The notes beneath the pieces are model-generated. The model was given only the letters and a program-made list of their open reading frames with translations. It made no database searches and had not been told where the DNA came from. A stretch of DNA of 38,277 bases from a virus (Duplodnaviria > Caudoviricetes): positions 1-38,277 of IMG/VR virus record IMGVR_UViG_3300048574_000430; one strand, written 5' to 3'. The translations under genes and the position numbers were made by a program. Within the stretch, counting starts at the first letter, position 1. Each line of letters opens with the position of its first letter. This document shows, in pieces, positions 16,866 to 24,881 of the stretch.

Positions 16866-17051
16866 ATGAACGAAAAGCAATGGAAACAGATTGAAGAGCA
16901 GCTTCCCGCGGGCGCGAAAATCCTGCGCTGGTACACAGCCGCCGAGAACGGGCAAATCAGAGTAATTGCTAAAGCCCCGGCCGACGATTACGAAACCCGC
17001 TACAACGTAAGCTTTGACGCCGACGGCAACGCCAGCATCAAAAGATTTTAG
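16866..17051 (+). CDS. Small hypothetical protein (61 aa)
   Basis: SD GGAGG then ATG at 16866 (MNEKQWKQIEEQLPAGAKILRWY). Confidence 0.75.
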   Translation: MNEKQWKQIEEQLPAGAKILRWYTAAENGQIRVIAKAPADDYETRYNVSFDADGNASIKRF

Positions 17052-17063
17052 GGGGGCGCGATC

Positions 17064-17291
17064 ATGTGGAAGGAAGGAACCCTCAAAATTCACGACAGCG
17101 TTTTTCATTACTGGATGAAGCAGTACGACGAAGGTTCGCAATTTGGCATCGACGGCGGCAGAATCAGCAAGCTGATGCTCAAACGCGACGGAGAAATCGT
17201 GTGCAATTACGACAGAGGCTGGGATGTTGAACCCTCCGACCCCGACACGCAACTTGCCCTTGAGCTTCTGCTGCACAGCGAGAACCACTAA
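17064..17291 (+). CDS. Small conserved hypothetical protein (75 aa)
   Basis: MWKEG...YDEGSQFGIDGGRISKL...NYDRGWD is a recurrent motif in Bacillota mobile elements; G-rich SD. Confidence 0.75.
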   Translation: MWKEGTLKIHDSVFHYWMKQYDEGSQFGIDGGRISKLMLKRDGEIVCNYDRGWDVEPSDPDTQLALELLLHSENH

Positions 17292-17310
17292 TACACGCGA
17301 ATAAAATAGC

Positions 17311-17399
17311 CGAGGACGCGCCGGAGACGGCGTGTGTCTCGTACAAATAGATTCTTAAGACTTGCTCTTGCAAACGATGCAATTGGCAGGTCTGTTTTT
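17311..17399 (+). terminator. GAGA-tetraloop hairpin followed by an intrinsic terminator
   Basis: ACGCGCCG-GAGA-CGGCGTGT (17316-17335); AGACTTGC...GCAGGTCT plus GTTTTT (17358-17399). Confidence 0.6.
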
Positions 17400-17422
17400 A
17401 TGCCCGAAGGGAGGCGGCGGAT

Positions 17423-19024
17423 ATACGTAAACTCAGAAAATACGCTCCGACACGGTTTAAGTCGGCGGATTCCGTTTATGACAAATCCACTGCCGACTAT
17501 GCGGTGTCTTTTATACAGGCGCTCTGCCATACCAAAGGCACCTGGGCGGGCAAGCCCTTTGAACTGATCGACTGGCAGGAGCAGATTATCCGTGATGTTT
17601 TCGGAACGCTCAAGCCCAACGGTTATCGGCAATTCAACACCGCTTATGTGGAGATCCCGAAGAAGATGGGAAAAAGTGAGCTTGCGGCGGCTGTTGCCCT
17701 GTTGCTCACCTGCGGCGATAACGAGGAACGCGCCGAGGTTTACGGCTGTGCCGCCGACCGCAACCAGGCGTCCATCGTATTCAATGTAGCGGCGGACATG
17801 GTGAGGATGTGCCCGGCATTGTCAAAACGGGTAAAAATCCTCGATTCACAGAAGCGGCTCATTTATCAGCCGACAGGTAGTATTTATCAGGTGCTGTCCG
17901 CCGACGTCGGCAACAAGCATGGCTTCAATACCCACGGCGTGGTGTTTGATGAGCTTCATACCCAGCCGAACCGAAAGCTTTACGATGTCATGACCAAAGG
18001 CAGCGGCGACGCGAGAATGCAGCCGCTGTATTTTCTGATTACCACCGCCGGGGATAACCAGAACAGCATCTGCTGGGAGGTGCATCAAAAGGCGCTGGAT
18101 ATTTTGGATGGAAGAAAACACGACCCCACGTTTTACCCTGTGATCTACGGTGCCGCGCCGGAGGACGACTGGACGGACCCGAAGGTATGGAAAAAAGCGA
18201 ATCCCTCCCTCGGAATCACAGTCGGAATCGACAAGGTTAGAGCCGCCTGCGAGAGTGCGAAACAGAATCCCGCCGAGGAAAACAGCTTCCGGCAGCTTCG
18301 TTTGAACCAGTGGGTCAAACAGGCGGTGCGCTGGATGCCGATGGACAAATGGGATAAATGCGCGTTTCCCGTAAACGCGGACAGCCTGCACGGGCGCGTC
18401 TGCTATGGCGGACTCGACCTTTCGTCATCCACGGATATAACGGCGTTCGTGCTGGTTTTCCCGCCGCTTGATGAAGAGGATAAATACACCGTGCTTCCGT
18501 TTTTCTGGATACCGGAGGATAACATCGAGCTGCGTGTCCGGCGCGACCATGTGAATTACGATACGTGGAAAAAGCAAGGCTTTCTGCAAACCACCGAGGG
18601 CAACGTGGTACATTACGGTTTCATCGAGAGCTTCATTGAGGAACTCGGCACCCGTTACAACATCCGCGAGATCGCGTTTGACCGCTGGGGTGCCGTACAA
18701 ATGACGCAGAATCTCGAAAGCCTCGGCTTTACGGTCGTCCCGTTCGGTCAGGGCTTCAAGGATATGTCCCCGCCGACCAAAGAGCTTATGAAACTGACCT
18801 TGGAGGAAAAACTCGCCCATGGCGGGCATCCTGTCCTCCGCTGGATGATGGACAATATCTATATCCGCACCGACCCAGCCGGAAACATCAAGGCCGACAA
18901 AGAGAAGTCCACCGAGAAAATTGACGGCGCGGTGGCGACAATTATGGCGCTAGACCGGGCGATTCGGTGCGGAAATGAAAGCGGCTCTTCGGTTTATGAC
19001 GACCGGGGGCTGCTTGTATTTTAA
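17423..19024 (+). CDS. terL: Terminase large subunit, probable ATA start
   Basis: Walker A-like IPKKMGKSEL, Walker B VVFDELH, nuclease GGLDLS and KIDG. The frame extends 27 codons upstream of the tracked GTG to an ATA 8 nt after GGGAGG. Confidence 0.93.
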   Translation: MRKLRKYAPTRFKSADSVYDKSTADYAVSFIQALCHTKGTWAGKPFELIDWQEQIIRDVFGTLKPNGYRQFNTAYVEIPKKMGKSELAAAVALLLTCGDNEERAEVYGCAADRNQASIVFNVAADMVRMCPALSKRVKILDSQKRLIYQPTGSIYQVLSADVGNKHGFNTHGVVFDELHTQPNRKLYDVMTKGSGDARMQPLYFLITTAGDNQNSICWEVHQKALDILDGRKHDPTFYPVIYGAAPEDDWTDPKVWKKANPSLGITVGIDKVRAACESAKQNPAEENSFRQLRLNQWVKQAVRWMPMDKWDKCAFPVNADSLHGRVCYGGLDLSSSTDITAFVLVFPPLDEEDKYTVLPFFWIPEDNIELRVRRDHVNYDTWKKQGFLQTTEGNVVHYGFIESFIEELGTRYNIREIAFDRWGAVQMTQNLESLGFTVVPFGQGFKDMSPPTKELMKLTLEEKLAHGGHPVLRWMMDNIYIRTDPAGNIKADKEKSTEKIDGAVATIMALDRAIRCGNESGSSVYDDRGLLVF

Positions 19025-19045
19025 TGAAAGAGCGTGGTGATTTTT

Positions 19046-20302
19046 ATGGGAATATTGAGCGGACTTTTTCACTCCCGCGACAAGCCCCAAAACCGCGTTG
19101 GCGGCGGGTGGTCGTTCCTATTCGGCGGCACAACCAGCGGAAAGACAGTCAACGAGCGGACGGCGATGCAGACCACCGCGGTCTATGCCTGTGTAAGAAT
19201 TTTGTCCGAAGCCGTCGCCGGTCTGCCGCTGCATATCTACCGATACCGGTCTGACGGCGGCAAAGAGCGCATCCCACTGCATCCCCTCTACCACTTGCTT
19301 CATGATGAACCTAACCCTGAGATGACTTCATTCGTGTTTCGAGAAACACTGATGAGTCATCTTTTGCTTTGGGGCAACGCCTACGCACAGGTGGTTCGAA
19401 ACGGACGCGGTCAGGCGGTCGCGCTCTACCCTCTACTTCCAAGCAAAATGGATGTCAACCGGGCGGCGAACGGGGAGCTGCTTTACACCTATTACCGCGA
19501 CGCGGATGAAACCGGACTGAATCCAAAAGGAGGATATATCACGCTCCGCCGTGATGAGGTTCTCCACATCCCCGGCCTTGGGTTTGACGGGCTTATTGGC
19601 TACAGCCCCATCGCCATGGCGAAGAATGCCATCGGCATGTCCCTCGCTACCGAGGAATACGGCGCCAGCTTTTTTGCCAACGGCGCGAACCCCGGCGGTG
19701 TGCTGGAGCATCCGGGCGTTATCAAGGATATCGGTCGTGTCAAGGAAAGCTGGAACTCCGCTTATCAAGGCAATGGCAACGCGCATAAAATCGCCGTGCT
19801 TGAGGAGGGCATGAAGTTTCAGGCAATCGGCATTCCGCCGGAACAGGCGCAGTTTCTGGAGACGCGGAAATTCCAGATCAACGAGATCGCCCGTATTTAC
19901 CGCGTGCCGCCCCATATGGTGGGAGACCTTGAGAAATCCAGTTTCAGCAACATAGAACAGCAGTCGCTGGAATTCGTGAAATATACCCTCGACCCGTGGG
20001 TGGTTCGCTGGGAGCAGAGCCTGCAGCAGTCGCTGATTCTGCCCTCCGAAAAGCTATCTCTGTTCATCCGATTCAATCTGGATGGACTCCTGCGCGGCGA
20101 TTATCAAAGCCGCATGAACGGGTACGCCGTCGGTCGGCAGAACGGTTGGATGTCGGCAAACGACATCCGCGAGCTGGAGGACATGAACCGCATCCCCGTC
20201 GGGGAGGGCGGCGACTTGTATCTGGTCAACGGCAACATGACCAAACTGGCGGACGCGGGTGCGTTTGCCGGAAATCAATCAAAGGAGGCCAACGGCCAAT
20301 GA
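19046..20302 (+). CDS. HK97-family portal protein
   Basis: AVYACVRILSEAVAGLP, LLWGNAY, GYSPI, IARIYRVPP and SNIEQQ motifs. Confidence 0.95.
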   Translation: MGILSGLFHSRDKPQNRVGGGWSFLFGGTTSGKTVNERTAMQTTAVYACVRILSEAVAGLPLHIYRYRSDGGKERIPLHPLYHLLHDEPNPEMTSFVFRETLMSHLLLWGNAYAQVVRNGRGQAVALYPLLPSKMDVNRAANGELLYTYYRDADETGLNPKGGYITLRRDEVLHIPGLGFDGLIGYSPIAMAKNAIGMSLATEEYGASFFANGANPGGVLEHPGVIKDIGRVKESWNSAYQGNGNAHKIAVLEEGMKFQAIGIPPEQAQFLETRKFQINEIARIYRVPPHMVGDLEKSSFSNIEQQSLEFVKYTLDPWVVRWEQSLQQSLILPSEKLSLFIRFNLDGLLRGDYQSRMNGYAVGRQNGWMSANDIRELEDMNRIPVGEGGDLYLVNGNMTKLADAGAFAGNQSKEANGQ

Positions 20303-20988
20303 AGAAATTCTGGAACTGGGTAAGGGACGAAACCACCGAGGAACGCACCCTTTATCTTAACGGCGTCATTTCCGACGAAACCTGGTGGGGCGATGAAATA
20401 ACGCCCAAAATGTTCAAGGATGATCTGCTCGCCGGGGCGGGTAACGTCACGGTGTGGATCAACTCTCCCGGCGGCGATGTGTTCGCGGCAGCGCAGATCT
20501 ACAACATGCTCATGGACTACACCGGGAAGATCACCGTCAAGATTGACGGACTGGCGGCAAGCGCGGCTTCGGTCATCGCAATGGCGGGCGGCGACGTATA
20601 TATGTCCCCCGTATCCATGCTGATGATTCACAACCCTTCCACCATCGCCATCGGCGACAGCGAGGAAATGCTCAGAGCTAAGGCGCTGCTGGATGAGGTG
20701 AAGGAAAGCATCATTAACGCCTATGAGCTGAAATCCGGGCTGTCCCGCGCGAAGCTCTCCCATCTGATGGACGCGGAAACCTGGATGAACGCCAACAAGG
20801 CGGTTGAACTGGGTTTTGCGGATAAAATCATGTTCGCTGAGGGCGAAACAACCGCCGCTGACAGCTTGATTTTCTCACGCATGGCGGTGACCAACTCTTT
20901 GATCAGCAAGCTGCCTAAGCAGCAAAAACCGAAAACTGGAACACCGATTGAGTCGCTTGATAAGCGGCTCTCTTTAATTTCCCACTAA
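20299..20988 (+). CDS. ClpP-like prohead maturation protease
   Basis: INSPGGDV, GLAASAASVI, MIHNP and ETWM motifs; SD AAGGAGG. Confidence 0.93.
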   Translation: MKKFWNWVRDETTEERTLYLNGVISDETWWGDEITPKMFKDDLLAGAGNVTVWINSPGGDVFAAAQIYNMLMDYTGKITVKIDGLAASAASVIAMAGGDVYMSPVSMLMIHNPSTIAIGDSEEMLRAKALLDEVKESIINAYELKSGLSRAKLSHLMDAETWMNANKAVELGFADKIMFAEGETTAADSLIFSRMAVTNSLISKLPKQQKPKTGTPIESLDKRLSLISH

Positions 20989-21007
20989 TTTTAAGGAGGA
21001 ACACACA

Positions 21008-22216
21008 ATGAGTAAAATTCTTGAACTGCGCGAAAAGCGCGCAAAGGCATGGGATGCGGCGAAGGCGTTCCTGGATACCAAGCGCGGCGGCGACGGTCTG
21101 CTCACCGCCGAGGACACGTCGACCTATGACAAGATGGAAGCCGATGTTGTGGCTCTGGGCAAAGAAATCGAGCGCCTTGAGCGGCAGTCCGTGATCGATG
21201 CGGAGCTGTCGAAGGCCACCAGCAATCCCATCACCAATACTCCCTCTAAAGGTACGGAGGAAAAAACCGGGCGCGCGTCCGCCGAATACAAAAGATCATT
21301 TTGGAACGCAATGCGCACCCGCGCCGGAGAGGGACTCGACCCGGTTGTGAGAAACGCCCTGCAGATCGGCACCGACACCGAGGGCGGCTACCTCGTCCCG
21401 GACGAATTCGAGCGCAATCTTGTGGAAGCTCTTGAAGAGGAAAACATCTTCCGCAGGCTGGCAAATGTCATCACCACATCTTCCGGCGACCGTAAAATCC
21501 CGGTTGTGGCGTCCAAGGGCACAGCCTCCTGGATTGACGAGGAAGGCGCTATTCCCGAAAGCGACGACAGCTTTGGTCAGGTTTCCATCGGCGCGTATAA
21601 GCTGGGCACACTGATCAAGGTTTCCGAGGAGCTGCTCAACGACAGCGTGTTTAACCTCGAATCGTATATTTCGAGGGAGTTTGCCCGCCGCATCGGCAAT
21701 AAGGAGGAGGAATCCTTCTTCGGGGGCGACGGCTCCGGCAAGCCCACCGGCATCCTTGCCGCAACGGGCGGCGCACAGCTTGGCGTGACCACGGCGGGCG
21801 CCACGGCGATTACACTGGACGAGGTGCTTGACCTCTTCTACTCGTTGAAGGCGCCCTACCGCAACAAGGCGGTATTCGTGATGAACGATTCCACCGTCAA
21901 GGCTATCCGCAAACTTAAAGACAGCCAGGGTCAGTACCTCTGGCAGCCCTCCATTCAGGCAGGCACGCCCGATACCATCCTCAATCGCCCGCTGTACACC
22001 TCCGCCTATGTTCCCGCTATTGCGGCGGCTGCGAAGACCGTCGCGTTCGGCGATTTCAGCTATTACTGGGTTGCCGACCGTCAAGGCAGGGTGTTCAAGC
22101 GGCTCAACGAGCTGTACGCGGCAACGGGTCAGGTGGGCTTCATCGCCACCCAGCGTGTGGACGGCAAGCTGATTCTGCCCGAAGCCGTCAAGGTTCTCCA
22201 GCAGAAAGCATCGTAA
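21008..22216 (+). CDS. HK97-fold major capsid protein
   Basis: Coiled-coil delta domain, GGYLVP, G.G..KP.GI and FGDFS motifs; position after the protease. Confidence 0.95.
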   Translation: MSKILELREKRAKAWDAAKAFLDTKRGGDGLLTAEDTSTYDKMEADVVALGKEIERLERQSVIDAELSKATSNPITNTPSKGTEEKTGRASAEYKRSFWNAMRTRAGEGLDPVVRNALQIGTDTEGGYLVPDEFERNLVEALEEENIFRRLANVITTSSGDRKIPVVASKGTASWIDEEGAIPESDDSFGQVSIGAYKLGTLIKVSEELLNDSVFNLESYISREFARRIGNKEEESFFGGDGSGKPTGILAATGGAQLGVTTAGATAITLDEVLDLFYSLKAPYRNKAVFVMNDSTVKAIRKLKDSQGQYLWQPSIQAGTPDTILNRPLYTSAYVPAIAAAAKTVAFGDFSYYWVADRQGRVFKRLNELYAATGQVGFIATQRVDGKLILPEAVKVLQQKAS

Positions 22217-22234
22217 GGAAGGGGGCGCGGCGGC

Positions 22235-22555
22235 ATGGCGCTGATTGACGATCTACTGCCCAAGGTCAAGGCAAACCTCATATTGGAGCACGGCGCGGAC
22301 GACGACCTTCTCAAAGGCTTCATCCGCGCCGCCGTTTCCTACGCCGAAAGCTACCAGCACATCCCCGCGGGCAGTTATGAGGAAACCGCCATGCCGCCTA
22401 CCACCGAGCAGGCCGTGATTATGCTGTCGTCCCACTTTTACGAGAGCCGGGACGGCAGCACGGCCGGATTTTTCGCGGACAGTGTGCAGGCCGGGCAGCA
22501 GGTATGGGAAACGGTTAATCTGCTTTTACGGCTTGACCGGGATTGGAAGGTGTGA
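22235..22555 (+). CDS. Head-tail connector (gp6-like)
   Basis: VKANL...DDDLL...AA..YAE...QAVIML.SHFYESR. Confidence 0.85.
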   Translation: MALIDDLLPKVKANLILEHGADDDLLKGFIRAAVSYAESYQHIPAGSYEETAMPPTTEQAVIMLSSHFYESRDGSTAGFFADSVQAGQQVWETVNLLLRLDRDWKV

Positions 22556-22556
22556 C

Positions 22557-22892
22557 ATGAGCTACGGCAAAATGAATAGCTTCATCGACATCATCTCCGC
22601 CGCCCCATCGAAGGACGCGGACGGCTTTGTTACCACGGGCGACCATATCGTCGCTTCCGTGCGGGCATATAAGGAAGACCGTCACGGCGACGAGCGATGG
22701 GCGAATATGGCGGCGTTCAGCGAAGCAACCGCGCTCTTCCGCTTCCGGAAGATTCCCAGCGTCGAGATAACAACCGCGCTGTTTATTGCCTGTGACAGCG
22801 AACGATACCGCATTGTCAGTGTGGAGGATGTCCGAGGACGCGGGATGTATATTGAGGTTCTGGCTGAAAAGCTGGAGCCAAGCGTGAGGTGA
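22557..22892 (+). CDS. Head closure / head-tail adaptor protein
   Basis: Position and size; DADGF and RYRIVSVED motifs. Confidence 0.8.
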   Translation: MSYGKMNSFIDIISAAPSKDADGFVTTGDHIVASVRAYKEDRHGDERWANMAAFSEATALFRFRKIPSVEITTALFIACDSERYRIVSVEDVRGRGMYIEVLAEKLEPSVR

Positions 22893-22897
22893 TGCGC

Positions 22898-23329
22898 ATG
22901 GCTAAAGTTGATATGAAAATGCCGGAGGACTTCTTGCTGAAGCTTTCACGCCTCGGCGACCAGACGGATACGATTATCCCCAAAGTGCTGGAGGCAGGCG
23001 GTGAGGTTGTACTTGATAAGGTGAAAAGCAATCTTTCCTCCGTGGTCGGTAGCGGCACGAAGGAAAAAAGCCGCTCCACAGGCGAGTTGGAACGCTCCCT
23101 GGGTCTTTCACCCGCTTTGATGGACAGGAACGGAAACTTCAATGTCAAGGTCGGCTTCGCCGAACCGAGGAGTGACGGCGGCTCCAATGCCAAAATCGCC
23201 AACATCCTCGAATACGGCAAGCATGGTCAGCCGCCCAAACCGTTCTTGAAGCCCGCGAGGACGCAGAGCCGGAGCGCCTGCATTGAAGCGATGAAGGCGA
23301 AACTGCGGAAGGAGGTTGACGATATATGA
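22898..23329 (+). CDS. HK97 gp10-like tail-completion protein
   Basis: TGELERS and LEYG...QPPKPFLKPA motifs. Confidence 0.85.
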   Translation: MAKVDMKMPEDFLLKLSRLGDQTDTIIPKVLEAGGEVVLDKVKSNLSSVVGSGTKEKSRSTGELERSLGLSPALMDRNGNFNVKVGFAEPRSDGGSNAKIANILEYGKHGQPPKPFLKPARTQSRSACIEAMKAKLRKEVDDI

Positions 23330-23667
23330 GCATTTTAGCGGAACTGAACACCCTGCTCTCGCCGGTTCTCCCTGTGGAAACCGGCGTTTTTTCGGGCGTC
23401 CCTCCTGACGAATACCTGGTGCTTACGCCTATGACAGACGAATTTGCCCTGTTCGGCGACAATATGCCGCTGGTCGATGTGTCCGAGGTGCGGATTTCAC
23501 TTTTCACCAAGGGCAACTACATCCAGAGGAAAAAGCAGATCACCGCGTCGCTGCTCACGGCGGGCTTTACGGTAACCGACCGCCGTTACATCGGGCATGA
23601 GGACGATACAGGATACCACCACTACGCCATTGATGTGGCAAAACATTGTGATTTGAAGGAGGAATGA
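23326..23667 (+). CDS. Putative tail terminator protein
   Basis: Position before the major tail protein; EDDTGYHHYAID motif. Confidence 0.7.
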   Translation: MSILAELNTLLSPVLPVETGVFSGVPPDEYLVLTPMTDEFALFGDNMPLVDVSEVRISLFTKGNYIQRKKQITASLLTAGFTVTDRRYIGHEDDTGYHHYAIDVAKHCDLKEE

Positions 23668-23670
23668 ATT

Positions 23671-24261
23671 ATGGCGACTATCGGCCTCGACAAACTGTAT
23701 TATTCGAAAATCACCGAGGATTCCAACGGTCAGGAGACCTACTCCACGCCCCTCGTGCTTGCCAAAGCCATCACCGCCGAACTTTCGGTGGAGCTGGTGG
23801 AGGCGATACTGTACGCGGACGACGGCGCCGCCGAGGTGGTGAAGGACTTCAACAGCGGGAAACTCACCCTCGGCGTGGACGACATTGGCCCGGCGGCAGC
23901 GGCGGATCTGACCGGCGCGTCCACCGACGACAACGGCGTACTGGTTTCAGCCAGCGAAAACGTGGGAACGCCGGTCGCGGTGGGCTTCCGCGCGCAGAAA
24001 GCAAACGGCTCCTACCGCTATTTCTGGCTTTACCGGGTAAAATTCGGTCTGCCCGCGACCAACCTGCAGACCAAGTCGGATTCCATCACCTTTTCCACGC
24101 CCACTATCGAAGGAACCGTCATGCGTCGGAACAAGCTGGACGCCTTTGGTAAGCACCCGTGGAAAGCGGAGGTTACGGAGGGCGACGCCGGAGTGGCCTC
24201 CGCCACCATCACAGGCTGGTTTACCGAAGTCTATGAACCGGTCTATACGCCAGGGTCGTAA
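23671..24261 (+). CDS. Major tail protein (phi13-like family)
   Basis: ATIGLDKLYY, LYADD and VAVGFRA...YFWLYRVKF motifs. Confidence 0.9.
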   Translation: MATIGLDKLYYSKITEDSNGQETYSTPLVLAKAITAELSVELVEAILYADDGAAEVVKDFNSGKLTLGVDDIGPAAAADLTGASTDDNGVLVSASENVGTPVAVGFRAQKANGSYRYFWLYRVKFGLPATNLQTKSDSITFSTPTIEGTVMRRNKLDAFGKHPWKAEVTEGDAGVASATITGWFTEVYEPVYTPGS

Positions 24262-24273
24262 GGAGGATGCGGA

Positions 24274-24678
24274 ATGGCTAACGTTACAAATGCCGCTGAA
24301 AGAAGCGCTGTTATCAATATCGGCGGCAAGGAGTATGAGCTGGTGCTGACCACCCGCGCGACCAAAGCAATCGCGGGACGGTACGGCGGACTGGAAAACC
24401 TCGGCGAGAAGCTGATGAAATCCGAGAATTTTGAGATGGCGTTGGATGAGATCGTGTGGCTGCTGACTCTGCTTGCCAACCAATCCGTCCTGATTCACAA
24501 CCTTAAAAATAAGGATACCCCGGAGAATTTGCTTACCGAGGATGAGGTTGAACTGCTCACCTCGCCCCTTGATCTGGCGGCGTACAAAACTGCCATCACG
24601 GAAGCCATGTTCCGGGGCACCAAGCGCAACGTGGAAAGCGAGGATGAAGGTTCCTCAAAAAACGCGGAAGTCGGGTAA
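24274..24678 (+). CDS. Tail assembly chaperone (gpG-like)
   Basis: Between major tail and tape measure genes; ends just after the slippery site A AAA AAC. Confidence 0.85.
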   Translation: MANVTNAAERSAVINIGGKEYELVLTTRATKAIAGRYGGLENLGEKLMKSENFEMALDEIVWLLTLLANQSVLIHNLKNKDTPENLLTEDEVELLTSPLDLAAYKTAITEAMFRGTKRNVESEDEGSSKNAEVG

Positions 24679-24866
24679 ACGACGCGGAGTTGTTTACCCT
24701 GCTTCTTTATTACGGAACGGTGCAGATGGGTATGGGCGCGGAGGATTTCTGGCTCATGCCCATCGGTCTGTTCCTGGACCTGTGGGCCTGCCACAAGCAG
24801 TTTATCGGCATGGAAAAGCCGAAGAAAACCCGGACGATTGACGATATCATACCGCCGGGCATTTAA
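24657..24866 (+). CDS. Tail chaperone -1 frameshift extension (gpGT-like)
   Basis: The -1 frame is open from 24657 to TAA at 24864-24866: RGSRVNDAELFTLLLYYGTVQMGMGAEDFWLMPIGLFLDLWACHKQF...IIPPGI. Confidence 0.8.
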   Translation, partial: KKRGSRVNDAELFTLLLYYGTVQMGMGAEDFWLMPIGLFLDLWACHKQFIGMEKPKKTRTIDDIIPPGI

Positions 24867-24881
24867 GGGGGGTGAGCACAA

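Noticed and set aside
17334-17567. 77-aa ORF before terL
   Set aside because: Spans a terminator and the true terL N-terminus in a different frame; no SD.
24542-24841. 99-aa tracked ORF as the chaperone extension
   Set aside because: It is the +1 frame. The slippery heptamer leads to the -1 frame ending at 24866.
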